Shown: positions 13,968 through 26,022 of the stretch, one piece after another
How the letters are laid out: each line of letters begins with the position of its first letter
Numbering within the stretch: position 1 is the stretch's first letter
Assembly: GCA_965112735.1 (NCBI GenBank)
Contig: OZ218954.1
Span: 2,418,001-2,482,000 of the forward strand
DNA: 64,000 nucleotides
Source: Phaeosaccion multiseriatum
Taxonomy: Eukaryota > Protista > Ochrophyta, other classes
Direction of reading: 5' to 3'
Translations under genes and position numbers: made by a program
The notes under the pieces: generated by a model
Told to the model about the DNA's origin: nothing
The model's input: only the letters and a program-made list of their open reading frames with translations
Database searches by the model: none

Positions 13968-14545
13968 CTCTCTTTGGCCTCCAGTTGATATCCACAAGAG
14001 CAGGTTGCGCCACCTCAGAACGGTCTTGGACAGCCAATGATTGTGGACCTTGCTTGCGACCGGAAAGTGCCAGAGTGAGGAGGGTGTGACTTCGATATCG
14101 GAGACATGGCAACGTGGACCGTTAAGTAGCAGGAGCTACCGACCGAATCTGAGCACCCTGCAGGCTGGCAAGTGTTGACGGCTTGCGCTGCCCTGAGGTC
14201 TTTGTGGCGTGCTTCAACTGCTGACGGCATTGACGCGTAGAAGTGGCGGCAGCGGGCATATGGACGCGCCACACGGACAAACATAAGGGATAAGGACTGA
14301 CACACTGCGCTCCAGAGGATCCGAGCCCCATACCATTCCTACTTGATCCAGAAGTACTGCACAGCGAAGAGATGTCAGACCCTTTGAAGGCAGCAGCTAG
14401 CTTTGACCGCCGCTGGGCCCTTCAACCCTCGCCAAGAGGAGGTGCAACACAGCAGTTAGGCTAATCCGTCATTGGCTTTTACCCAACGGCCTGGGAGAGA
14501 ATAGCTGGATCGGAAGTGCGCCAGGTTGAATATGTATTCAATTCT

Positions 14546-17500
14546 TCATCTGTCTGCTACTTGCTTTGTGCCATCTTGTAAGAAACGTTGTGGGTTTGCG
14601 AAAGGCGAAAACGTCCCTGACCCGTCAAGCCCGCCGCCTGCGGACTCCTCTACAGAGTGCTCAGCAACTCTTGTGTCTTTAGTCCCCTTGCAAACGCGAG
14701 CGGTGCGGACAAAAAAGATGCAGAACGCAGTGATGCAGAGACTCAAAACAATGGTACACGCCCCGACCGCTACCCATGCGAGGAGGGGCAAGCTCGTACC
14801 AAAGAGCTGTTCAACCCCCGCTGTGACAGGGTCGTCGATCCTCGTACCATTCGTACCTGCGTTTACATCTGCAATTGGCATTGCTTCAACCGACACATTG
14901 AAGGAGCACTCCACAGCCCAGCACTCCGATCGAGTAGTGTCCGGGGACAGAAACTCTTCATCGATACACTCTCCATTGGCTCCGTCGAACACAAGGACGG
15001 TGACCACGTCCTCCACGCTGGGGTTTTGACTCTGAGACCGGAGCGAAGAGGAGGACGATACACAGCAAGGTTACTTGCTGTTCCCCGCCCACATGATACT
15101 TCTTTGCTCTTCACCTGATATCGCAGACTGTTCAGAGCAACCAGGGCATCCTCCGGGACTGCGACGAACGTCATATCCTGGTCATTCGTCCCGCTGCCCT
15201 CGCACGCCCAGGAGGATTGTCGGAAGCAAAAGTCGTTGCTGTTGAAATCCAGACTCTCCACTCCATGGATAAGCCTTGTGAAACAAACAGGGAAACTCAA
15301 ATAAGTCGCGTACGGGATGCTACTAGTGAGGCTACTACGCAATGGTCCTACTGACCAATGGGTACTCACGTGAGGAGTCCATAGTGAGAGGAGATGCGAA
15401 AGCGGGAAACGTCCACGCCTCGATCCTGGTCCACCAGCTCGAAGCCTTGGATTGCAACCTCGTCCAGGGAGCCAGCACTTGACACACTTGTCGTCCCACT
15501 GCTGCCCAAGGGAGACACTGTAAATGGACCTGTGGGGCAGGCCAAGTGAACAGCATCGTTCACGTTTCCCACTTCCAGGCCTTGCGTTACTTCCACGCTC
15601 CGGTAAGCGGCATTGCCCGCGACAGCAGCGAAGAAGCTAAAGCTGTCGTCGGTGGCATTGGCAAGCTGACTGCCGTCCCAAGCAACGTTGGGCACGGAAA
15701 AGAAGTCTGCGGCCACGACGAACGACAGGGACCAGAGAGCATTAGACAAGTCGAGTTGGACTTGCTTTGAGAGTTGCTTCTTCCTACCTTGGGAAGGCTC
15801 GTAGATCACTTGAACCGCGCTGGCATAGGGGCTCTCTGCATTCTCAAGCAATGCATCGCCGACGGCAAGTGCCCTTTGGGTGGAAGGGTCGCGCAGAGTG
15901 CCACAGCTAGGAGTAGAAGAGATGACAAACTGAATGTCGAGGGCCTCATCGCTCAGGTCTACTGCATAGAGATTCACCAGGCTGGCCTGGTCCTCCGAAA
16001 CCTTCCACGACGTGTCACCGGGGATGTCGCTCGCAATAGTCGCTACCACGCTGCTGTACGCTGTAATGTCAATCACGCCCAAGAGCGACTCCGCCCCGCT
16101 GACGTCCAGGGCGGTGAAGGCTAGACTGTCCGTGTCCAGCAGACTGGTTATCGTGGCAAGGTGAGGGGACAGATTGAACGAGTTTCGAGGAAAAGGGGGA
16201 GGGGTTGGAGACGCTCAAGGAAGAAAGAAACATCGCCCCCCCCCAAAAGACCAAAGAATACTCACCCTTGTTCACTGGTGCTGGAAGCTCCTGCGGTATA
16301 CACATACGCGGCCTCAAGGGTCCACAGAAGGTCTCCTGCCTCCAACACGTCAGACGAAACGCTCCCATCTTCGTGCACCTGGTAAAGCTCGCCTCGGGAG
16401 GGAGGCGTCACTAGGCGGACCGAGCTAACGTAGTCACCCTCGTCAATGTCATACCCCGTGAAGGAAATGATGCTGGCACGGTTCCCAAAGACCGTGGCGT
16501 TCGAGTTGATCGCCGTGGGAGGGTCGTTCTTTGCAAGAACGTGAATCGCGACGGTGTTGTTGGATGTGCTCCGCAATCCAGTCACTCCATCTACCGCAAA
16601 ACAACGAAAGCTGAATGCGGAAGCGCAAGAGGGTTTGGTTAGTCCTTTTGGAATAGATTAGTATTCCCCACACGGTCTCACCTCGCATAGGCTTGAGTCT
16701 CCCCGCTGCTTTCGTCCTTCTCGGGCCGGTACATGAGGGAGAACGTGTTGGTGGAGCTGTTTCCCACCTCCGCCTGGAGCTTGTGGGGTACAGAAGAGAT
16801 GCTGTAGCCACTACTGTCCAGCAATTGGCCTCTCGTTGGGAGCGAGGCCACCCATAGCTCCGGCGCAGCTGCGTTAGCAGTATAGCCTGGAAAGGCGGGG
16901 TCTTCGTCTGCGTCCACTACGGAGACACTGAAGTTGGATAGATCACCAAAGGGCACAGGCTGCAGGTAAAAGCTCGGTGTGCTGTAATGATCTCCGCTCT
17001 CTCCATCTTCGTTCAGTACAACGGAAGCATCCAGCGGCACAGGCCGGCTGTTGGGCAGACCTGCTGCGTAATTCTGCTCAACCTCACCGGCAAGTAGAGG
17101 TCTAGCATATACAGCAGCCATGAAGACTGTGCCTGGCAGGGCCCTCGAGGAGACCTGGGGGTCGTCAGAATCGCTGCTGCTCCTGCCTCGACTCATGATG
17201 TTCAGGACGTAATCGTCCCTCCAAAACCCCTCTTGACCAAAGTCAGGCACACGCCATAGCGTCCTCACCAGCTCCAGGCCATTGACGTACGCCGTCACAG
17301 CGAGCATCCCTAACTCGACTGGTGCGAGCCTCTGAACAACCCAGAGAAGATGGACATACTGGCCGCTGACGAGGTTGTAGTCCGCCACCTGTACGTCCTG
17401 GCAGTCGCCCCCTACAGAACTTGTTCGCAATCCGTAGGTACCATTGCGCACATACATTTCAAAATCTAGTTCCTGCGATGCGCACTCCTCTGGAGAAGAA

Positions 17501-17910
17501 GACGTGAGGCTTGTTCGATTGCTGCTTGCCATCAAGGTGTAGGCGCCAGCCTTGTCCAGCACCGTATCGTCATGGTGGAGCCACATCTCCAGGGAAAACC
17601 CCTCCGAATCGGATGTCTGCAGCAGCTCATAAAAGGCTGCTGCATCACCTTGGGACTGAAGTCGAAAAGACCCAGCGGGGTTTGCCTGAGACAACACCCC
17701 CAAGCTATTGACGCACTCGACCCCATCTCCGTACACCGCGAGGCTGCCGAACGACCCAGGTGTTCCACTGCTTTGAAGCAAGTTGGCCTCGCATTCCACC
17801 CGTGGCATCTCATAGTGTACGTGAGGTGAGCTTACCCGGCCAGGAGAGTTGTAGGCGGACACTATTGCCCACGTCCCCGCAGAGAAAACACAGGACAGGA
17901 CCTTCATCAT
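14546..17910 (-). CDS. Type I membrane protein A: signal peptide, LamG/concanavalin-A-like domain, cadherin/Ig-like repeats, TM, short tail
   Basis: MMKVLSCVFSAGTWAIVSA signal. LamG_3-like FSLEMWL...HLLWV...AYVNG...AVYARPLLAGEVEQNYAAG. Cadherin-like DADED, NDPPTA and NVNDA motifs. TM LAWVAVGACTIVLSLCITAFCIFFV. Paralog of 29988-33881. Confidence 0.8.
14887..17065 (-). repeat. Left arm of 2179-bp inverted repeat (pairs with 31311-33489)
   Basis: Paired coordinates sum to 48376 throughout (e.g. ORF ends 16678/31698 and 15366/33010), so there are no indels. Only scattered substitutions, introns included. Confidence 0.97.
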
Positions 17911-18156
17911 GGAAAGGGGCTCTGCACAACTGTGAAACCCCAAGAAAGCGTCTTCTCCTCTTACGGTTGGGATTGCCCCCACCGCTGTCACAATTACAGC
18001 GCATCGCGTCTCGTTTTTTGGGCATCGGTCTTAATCAGGGATCAATCAAAATGAGGAAGGAGGAATGTCAAGTTCCGGCCACCAAGCGGAAATTTTCCCA
18101 TTTCAAAAATCCTTTCCCAGCTGTTGTTGCTGTCCAATTTGGAGCGAGCACTTCAG

Positions 18157-19743
18157 ATGAGCGATCCTCGAATCAAGCAAGGACGGGCGCTGCTTGATGC
18201 CAAGCGCTATGATGATGCCATAACGTGAGTATCGGCAAGCAACTAGAGACGCATCACCGAAGGATAGAAAAAGAAATAGGCCCCTCACCCCGACGGGCCT
18301 CGTCCTTGCTGTACGGCCAGGTATTTTGGTGAGCTCCTGCAGCTATCGTCGGGATCGTCTGGGGACGACCTTAGTATGCATCTAGGTCCCCTTTACTACG
18401 AGTACGGGAATGCTCTGCTAAGAAAAGCCGAAGACGGGACCAACATATTTGGGGAGACTGTCCAGCAGGCAGAGCAGGACAAGGTGGGTGCCGTGCCTTG
18501 AAGATGTTACAAGGATCTTGCGGAGGTGCTGAATCACCTCCGCCTTCTCTACCTTTGGCTTTTTGGCGTTGTTTTGGAGCACAGCTTGAGAAGAGCACTC
18601 AGGCTGCTGACGCTGGGGGAGCGGGAGAGGGTAGCTCATCCGCGACCCCCTCAGCCTCGTCTCCTATGGCGGTGGCTTCATCGCCTGCTGCACCTTCTTC
18701 AAGCGAAGCTGACTCATCCGAGGAGACTCCCGCAAATGGAGCCCTGCCCGAAAACGCAGAGGAAGGAGACGAAGACGGAGTCCGAGCTGCAATGGTTAAA
18801 AGCATGGTGGCACAGGTGAGCCCTTCCCCCGCGTCGGTCGTCTTTTTTAACGGGTTGCTCAAGCTACATTGAATGCTATCAACTCTCACGCAGCGGGAAC
18901 AGGACGAGGACGATATGGAGTGCGCATGGGAGAATTTAGAGGCTGCGAGGCTGGTGTACAGCAAGGGGGACAAGTCCTCCGCCAACTTGACTGCGTTGGG
19001 ACGTGTGCTGCTTCGCTTAGGAGACTTGAGCATGCTCAATGGGCAGTTTACACAAGCAGTGCAGGATTTTTCAGGCTGTCTTACGGGAGAAGAGGAGGGC
19101 CCGCGACCTCCGAACGGCGAACGAGGAATGGCAGAGGCTCATTACGAACTCGCATTGGCACACATCTACGCCTCTTCCACGGAGGGAATGGGTGCGGACG
19201 AAAAGAGGCAGCATACGGCTGACGCGCTGGCGAACTACGAGAAGTCCGCCGCCTTTTTCGGCAAAGTGATTGAAGCGCTACAGAAGGTGAGTAGCCGGAG
19301 CATGTCATTCTCTGATCACAGAACTTTCTTGGTCTCACCGACCCCGCCCACCTGCTGCGATTCCCCCCACGCCTCAGGCGAAGGCTGTTGAAGGAGACGC
19401 TGGAAATGAGCAGGTGAACGGGAAGGGTAAGGCGCAACCGAACAGCGCGTCGACGGCGGGTGTCAAGGAGGTGAACGAATTGGAAGAGTTGATTGATATC
19501 CGCGACACCATCATGGAGACCATTGCGACTGCAAAGAGCGGCGCAGAACAGGAAGCGTTGCAGTCTTTGAAAGAGCCCCAGACCGTAATCGGCTTTGGCG
19601 GCCCGACCGTTCCTGCAGCGGAGAAGGGGAAAGCACAAGAAGCAAGCTCCAAGGGAACCCTCCTGGTGGCTAAGAAGAAGAAGAGGTCGCCGGAGAGCAA
19701 CACAGAGCAGGGAAAGAAAGCGAAGACAGACCCAACGGGATGA
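18157..19743 (+). CDS. NASP/Sim3/Hif1-like SHNi-TPR histone chaperone
   Basis: LGPLYYEYGNALLRKAE, acidic insert, DDMECAWENLEAARLVY, RLGDLSMLNGQFTQAVQDF and AEAHYELALA, with a C-terminal basic NLS. Confidence 0.88.
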
Positions 19744-19896
19744 TCCATAGGACCTTTTTTTACAAATAAAAAGAAGCAATTTTTCTTTGCGGAGGTGGTG
19801 CATGTCTTTTTCCCGTCATTCATTTTACATGCACGCCAGCTCTCGACAACAAAGACTCGACGCAAGGCGGTGTGTTTTCCCCTCCCAAACACTCCT

Positions 19897-21165
19897 TCAA
19901 TCACCAGAGCTTTCCAAGAACTCGAGGTATTTGCCCAGTTGTATGCGGTAGGTGGTCATGTCGGATTGCGTGGTCCACTCATCAATGTCCTCTCGCATCT
20001 GCTTTTGTCCGCACTTCTCGGCGTAGATTAGACTTGCTACCCCACAGTCAAAGCCTGTCGTCTGCTGCTGCCTGGTGATTGCACTGTAGCTCCTTTGCAC
20101 CCACTTTGTATACAGTCCTGGAAGGGGCCATATTGTGTCCAACCAATGAAAGACCTCCTTGGGTATATAACGGAAGCTCACACCTTCCGAGGCATGGCGG
20201 GAACTACTCGTGCGCTTCGCCGGTTTGCCCATCGGCTCGAAAAGCTGCAACTCGGGAACAGGGTGATGCTGTACGCGAAGCAGGTTCCAGTGCCGATTCC
20301 TAATGTTGGCCAGGAAAATCACGGGCTTTCGAGCCCCGTAATCCAGCTGCCGCCCGATAATGTCTGTCGCAACCTCCATATCGGCCTTTGTCATGCTGCG
20401 CAGGCGAAACGCAGCAAACTCGATGGGCATGAAGTGCACGTCCGGATAGGCCATGGCAAACTTGCTCAGAACAATGTCTATGAAAGAGCTGGTGAGCCAG
20501 GTTTCGTCCGATACTTCGTCTCCCAACATTGCCCCCCGCAGCAGACCGTGCAAGGCAGAAATTCCCGCTCCAGCAGGACCAGTGTCCGCGTTCGGGACCA
20601 GAAAATCCTCCAAACAAGACTTGAATCCTGGCAAAGGCTCGGCCCACCGATATGGCATCATTGTGCGCGCAATTTGCAATCGAAGGGTGCGCCTCCCGCT
20701 CTGGTCTCGTGGAACATCTAATGCCTGGCCATCCTCCGCACTTGCGGAAGGCTCGTCCGTCGCATCCAGTAATGGCGCGCCCATACCACTACCACCACTG
20801 CCACAACTATCACTGATGCTCCTTTTGCACCTCCCCGCCTTGGCTTCCGAGCAGGCACCGTCACTCTCATCCTCCCAGTCTTCGCTGAGGCAGCTCCACT
20901 CCACCCCGCTCGACACGTCCTCAGGGCTCTCACTACTGGTGCTGGTGCTCGTGCTGTGAGTGCTGCTCCTACTGCTGCTGCTGTTACCGATCGAGGACCG
21001 ATGAGGGCTTTCGTCCTGACTGTCATCTGCTCCAGCCGCAGCCGCCGCCGCCGCTGCTGCTGCCGCAATGTCAAGAACGCTGCTTCGGGCACGTTTCTTC
21101 CCTTTCCATGCAGTAACAAGAGGAGCTGGGTGCAATCTCTCCACCTTTGTCCTTTGCCGGGCCAT
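19897..21165 (-). CDS. Ulp1/SENP-like (clan CE, C48) cysteine protease, intronless
   Basis: WLTSSFID, NRHWNLL, LFEPMG and QQQTTGFDCGV motifs. Confidence 0.8.
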   Translation of the reverse strand: MARQRTKVERLHPAPLVTAWKGKKRARSSVLDIAAAAAAAAAAAGADDSQDESPHRSSIGNSSSSRSSTHSTSTSTSSESPEDVSSGVEWSCLSEDWEDESDGACSEAKAGRCKRSISDSCGSGGSGMGAPLLDATDEPSASAEDGQALDVPRDQSGRRTLRLQIARTMMPYRWAEPLPGFKSCLEDFLVPNADTGPAGAGISALHGLLRGAMLGDEVSDETWLTSSFIDIVLSKFAMAYPDVHFMPIEFAAFRLRSMTKADMEVATDIIGRQLDYGARKPVIFLANIRNRHWNLLRVQHHPVPELQLFEPMGKPAKRTSSSRHASEGVSFRYIPKEVFHWLDTIWPLPGLYTKWVQRSYSAITRQQQTTGFDCGVASLIYAEKCGQKQMREDIDEWTTQSDMTTYRIQLGKYLEFLESSGD

Positions 21166-21280
21166 TGTTGCTCTCTTGTGGAGAGGGGGGGGAGGGGAGG
21201 GAGTTTTGAGTTTTGTGTAAAAGTTTCAGTTTAGCAACTTTGAACAGGGTACTTCGCTTGCAGCGGGTTCGCCTTCTTCC

Positions 21281-22468
21281 ATGGCGGGGGGGAGTACGAA
21301 GAGCGGGCCGGACCAAGTGCTTCCCTATCTCTACATTGGCAACAAGGCCAACGCCAAGAACATCGGAGTACTGCAGAGCCTTGGCATCAAACGGATCTTA
21401 AATGTGACTCCACAGGCACGCCAAAGTCTTGATTGTGTTTGTAGGCGCTGAGGGAGACTGGAACTCACGGCATCTCCTTTTCTGTGTTCGATTGTTGCTG
21501 TGAAGCAGAGAGCAACGGACCCAGTCGCAGGGTGCCCCAATTTTCACGAGAAGACTGGCTTGTTTGTTTACAAGAGAATACCCATTTTTGACAATCGGTG
21601 AGTTGGGGGGGGAGGCTGGCAGAAGGGGGCGGGTTCTTGGTGAAGCCACCATCTTAAAAGGAGAAAGGCAGACTGCTGACTACTACAATCGTGTTTGGTT
21701 GGTGCAGGGGTGAAGACATTCTGTCTCACATGGACGAGGCCATCGCATTCATCGAACAGGTGGGTGGGCGTACCGATGGGGTCGTGGGGGAAGGGGAGTA
21801 TGTGTGTAGCTCATACAGGGGGTATGGGAATGCCTTGTCTCATTCTTCTGCCTTGCTTGGTGTATGATCAGGGCAAGCATTATGGGTCGGTGCTCGTGCA
21901 TTGCAACAAGGGCGTCAGTCGCAGTTCGAGCATCGTGATGGGATACTTGATGAACAAGAGGGACATGAGTTTTAAGGAGGCTTTCGACTGTCTTCGCATG
22001 ACAAGACCGGTCGTGAATCCGCATGAAGGATTCATCTCACAGCTGAAGAAGTACGATGTGCAACTTGCCGCGGAGAGGAAAGGTAGCGACGGAGAGTCCA
22101 GCAAAACAGCGTCGATAGGGCCATCTTTGATGGACGGACAGGGGCAAGCTACTCCTAGTGATAGAGATGATGATGAGGGAGGAGCTGCAGCACAGGTGGG
22201 ACCTTGCATAGGACCCTCTCCGATAGTAGAACCTTGCCTTGGGCAAGACGACAAAGATGGAGCTGGAGTGTCGAGATTGGAAACGGCACCGCAGCCGGAA
22301 GAACTGCAAAATGAGCAAACCCCAAAGGGCCCGGCAATAGGACCAGCCAGGGCTGGACATTCCGCAAAGAGGAAGGCGGTGGAGGAGGCAGAGGGGGGTG
22401 CGAGACGGAAGGGGCCGACCTTGGGGCCAGCTGCACCTCCCCCTGGCGGAAATGGCCCACAACTGTGA
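21281..22468 (+). CDS. Dual-specificity protein phosphatase
   Basis: QVLPYLYIGNK, GIKRILNVT and VLVHCNKGVSRSSSIVMGYLM (HCxxGxSR). Probable GC-AG first intron at 21416-21508. Confidence 0.9.
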
Positions 22469-22675
22469 CGAGAAGGATCCTGCTCGAAATAGAGAGACTC
22501 TCTGGCTTGATATATATAATAAAATGAATTTACAGTATGTACATACACTGCGCTGCATATAGTGTTGCCTACTGCAGCCCACCGCCCTTGCCCTGTTTCC
22601 TCTGTAACAACGACCAAACGTAGAGATACACCTTGTCTCTCACTTCTCTCGTGCCGTAAATGGGATTGTGCACGT

Positions 22676-23226
22676 TATTTCCCGAAGTGGTGTTCGGTGA
22701 GACGTGCGTCGTTTCTGCAGCCTTGGGAAGAGGTCCTGCTGCTCCGGCTTGGTCGTCTTCAGTCAAAAGCTTTTCGATCCCGCCCATGGCACCCCTGCGT
22801 ACCAATCGGTGATGAAAGCACGGCAAAGTGAGAACCAAACTTGAGCGAGCTTACCTTGCTTGTCCGACCTACCTCAGCAACTCGGTCTCTTCGGTCGTGA
22901 GCGGTCCGTCCATTCGGCGCTTCTTCAGCATCTTGTCCAGAAGTTGCAAGCTCTGCTCTTTCTCGGCCGTGAGCGCTCCACCGCCGCCCAAACCTTGCCC
23001 ACAACCCAGCCCAGACATCTCGGAATTGGCCATCCGACAGTCGATTATACGCGCCCATTCGAGCATTTCCTTGTACGTGGGGACCGCTGTGACGGTGTAT
23101 AAGGCCCGAAGCTCCGCCCCATCCTCTCCTCCTCCTACCTTCTGCTGCTGAGGTGCTACTGTTGCTGCTACTGAAGCCCCCCTTCGCCGCGGCAGCAGCC
23201 CCCCCCCGACAAAGCCACCCACAGCT

Positions 23227-23264
<38 letters not shown>

Positions 23265-23324
23265 GGGCAGCACAGCCGCCCCCATGGCACCCGTTTTGTA
23301 GCTCTTTATGGACACTGCTGCCAT
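22676..23324 (-). CDS. Hypothetical protein, signal peptide then GG-F (possible plastid targeting); 3' end uncertain
   Basis: Poly-Leu signal peptide, about 150-aa exon ending at an AG|GTAGGT donor near 22872. Confidence 0.45.
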
Positions 23325-23548
23325 CTGTGTGTACCGTAGCGGTGAACCAATGCTCCAACGTGGATTGGGCGTTTCAATTTCTTCTATCTCTTTTCCCCCT
23401 CTCCTCTCCTTCAAGCAGCTAAATTCTATTCTAATATAGACTGTCATTAAAACTGAGCTCATTTGTCTTCTATAACGATGTAAAGGGTGGACGCCCATCC
23501 GCGTCTTGTCGCTCTCCACTTGACGTATAGGGGAGAGTTGACCTTGAC

Positions 23549-25737
23549 CTACAAGGTTCGTACAACAAGCCCCGAACTCAACTTGGGTTCAAACCAAGTT
23601 GCTTTGGGGCTCATCAGCTCTTCGGCGTCTGCGATGGCCATGACCTCCTCTATCGATACGGGGTACATGGCGAAGGCCACCGCCCACTGCGCAGGCTCGC
23701 TGGCATCCACGGACACCAGAGACTGCAGCTCCTTGGATCCGCGTATCCCGCCCACTGGTGGAAGATATTGTTGAAAGGAAAAAAGAGTGTGTAAGAGGAG
23801 GACAGGAACAGAGGGCACGAAGCAGGTGTAGGGTAACAACGAGGGCGCAGTACTCACCATATTTTATGCGTTCATCTGTCCGGGGATTCCCAACATTCAA
23901 AATGGGATGCAGTAGCTTGTCGTACAGGACCTGCACATCCAGGCTGTTCACAGGATGGTAGGGACCGACATGTTCCGGCCGCAATGTGAGGCGGTACCAC
24001 TTTCCCCGTAGACACATTCCCATCTGTCCTTTCCGGGGGGGCTCCGGCTGGTCGTGCTCCTCAAGTTCCTCGCACTCAAAAACAAGGCGGACGCGTTCTA
24101 AAAACAGCTCCTCTGGTAAGTTGTTGAGGTCCCGCACGACGCGATTGTACTCCATGATTTTCAATTGCGAGGAGGGAAAGAGTACTGCCAAGAAGAAGTT
24201 GAAAGGTTCCTCCCCTGTCACCACGTCCCCCCTGGCAATGGCTTCCTTGATTTTCATTTCACCAACTCGAAAGGCAGACGCGCTGCGGTGATGACCGTCG
24301 GCAATGTAAGAGCAAGGCACAGCTTCAAAGGCTTTGCAGAGTTCGCTTACGGCGTGGGGCTCCAGCACAGGCCACACAAAGTGCTTGATGCCATCATCGG
24401 CAGTCAGGGAGGTGGACGGTGGCTGGCTGTGGGGAGAGGAGCGAGGAGCGGAGCGAAACAGGCCAAAGTCAATGACATGGAAACGCGGTGCCCACCAAGG
24501 TCCAATCCAAGGTCGAATCACAGAGAAGCACCAGCCACCAAACATCCACAGGGTGCGACTATGGGTCGTATTCTAACGCTGCTTCCTCCCTCACCTAGTG
24601 ATGGACGAGATGATGGAGTCGACTGTCGCAGCATCTCTGTATGTGAGAAACACAGGGCCGGCGTTTGCATTCTGCACGTACGTCAGCCGCGTCCGATCAT
24701 TCTCTTTCTTCACTTGCGTTTTTTCATGGCGTTTAATAATACCCATGGCATAGTCCTCCACAGGTACACCTGCGACCAGGGGCCAAACGTAAAAAGGATG
24801 GTGAGAATACCAAAAAAAAAAGGGAGAAAAGGATTGAGCTGACCTGCGCAAACGCCGTACTGTATGTGGTCCCCCATTTGCTGCGCGTACACATATATAC
24901 CCGGTGTGTCGTCGTAGACGAGCCACCTGTTTTTGGTGGGGAGAGGTGACTTCGTCAAGAGGCCCAAAAATCAAGCATTGTCAAAAACGTCAGCCTTGCG
25001 CTCTCCCTCCCTCCCGAACTCACTGCTTTTGGATAAACTCCTGGAGGTTCAACTTTCCCATTTCGTATACACGCTCATCGTACTGTGAAATATCGACCGG
25101 CAAATCTATTTCAGGCTTGATAACCTAGAGAGGAGGGGGGGGGGTGAGGGGAGAGACAGGGAGAGAAGAGGGAGGGAGAGGGATAGAAAGACACACATAT
25201 GAGAGCGGACGGACGAGGACAAGGGTGGAGAGGGAGGAGACCGATGGGTGGAGCGGAGTGGCAGGGTAGGGACCAAGAGTGGACAGAATCGGCCCATGAA
25301 GGTAGCAAACAAGACGAAGGGGAGAAGAGGAGAGGAGAGGAGCGAAGGAGGAGGAGGAGGAGGAGGAGGAGAATAGCATTGGAGGAGGAGGAGGAGGAGG
25401 AGGAGGAGGAGGAGGAGGACGAGGACGAGGAGCATCAGTAGGAGGAGGAGGAAGAGGAAGAGGAGAAACAGCAGCAGCAGGAGGAGGGGGGAGGGAGGAG
25501 GAGGAGGAGGGAGGGAGGGGAGGAGATCATGAGATCATGACACAGGAAGGGCACACTTCTCCGCCGCAGATAATACGGGCCTGCTGCTCTACTCACCCTG
25601 AGGAAGGTCTTCTCCCCTCTCTCCTGGTAAATGTCTCTAGCCTCCTTTGAGTCCAGCACATCATAGGGAGGAGAGGCAACAGCCTCCGCGAGTCCAGGCC
25701 CTGGACGCAAAGCTCGGAACGGCTTTAACCTCACCAT
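23549..25737 (-). CDS. DUF1015 family protein (bacterial-type, ParB/Srx-like ADGHHR motif), multi-exon
   Basis: PFRALRP...ASPPYDV, IKRHEKT...KENDR, NAGPVFLTY, YIADGHHRSASA, YNRVVRDLN, SLDVQVL, PRTDERI..VGGIRG and MSPKATWFEPKLSSGL. Confidence 0.88.
25130..25525. repeat. Purine-rich (GGA)n low-complexity tract inside DUF1015 intron 1 (25125-25596)
   Basis: Direct inspection. Confidence 0.85.
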
Positions 25738-26022
25738 GCCCGGCCTTGGGCACACCAATCAGGCCCTGCTACTCCTGCTACTCCTGCTACTCCTGCTGCT
25801 GCTGTGCTGGTGCTGCCTGAAGTAGCTTATACTATCTAAGAGAAAAAAAAATGGTATGGGTGGGACAGCCCCCCGGGAAAGGCGTATGCCTCCACTTTGT
25901 GTATTACAACGCGGGAGACACCGACAAAAGAGACCCAGGTTTGCACACAGCTGTAGAGAGATTGCAGAGAGCCTGCAGCAGCAGCGCCGCAGTAACAGCA
26001 GGCGCCGCGACTCTTGCCGACT

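Noticed and set aside
8409-21165. SUMO ligase and Ulp1-like protease as a functional gene cluster
   Set aside because: About 9 kb apart with unrelated genes between them; compatible with chance in a compact genome.
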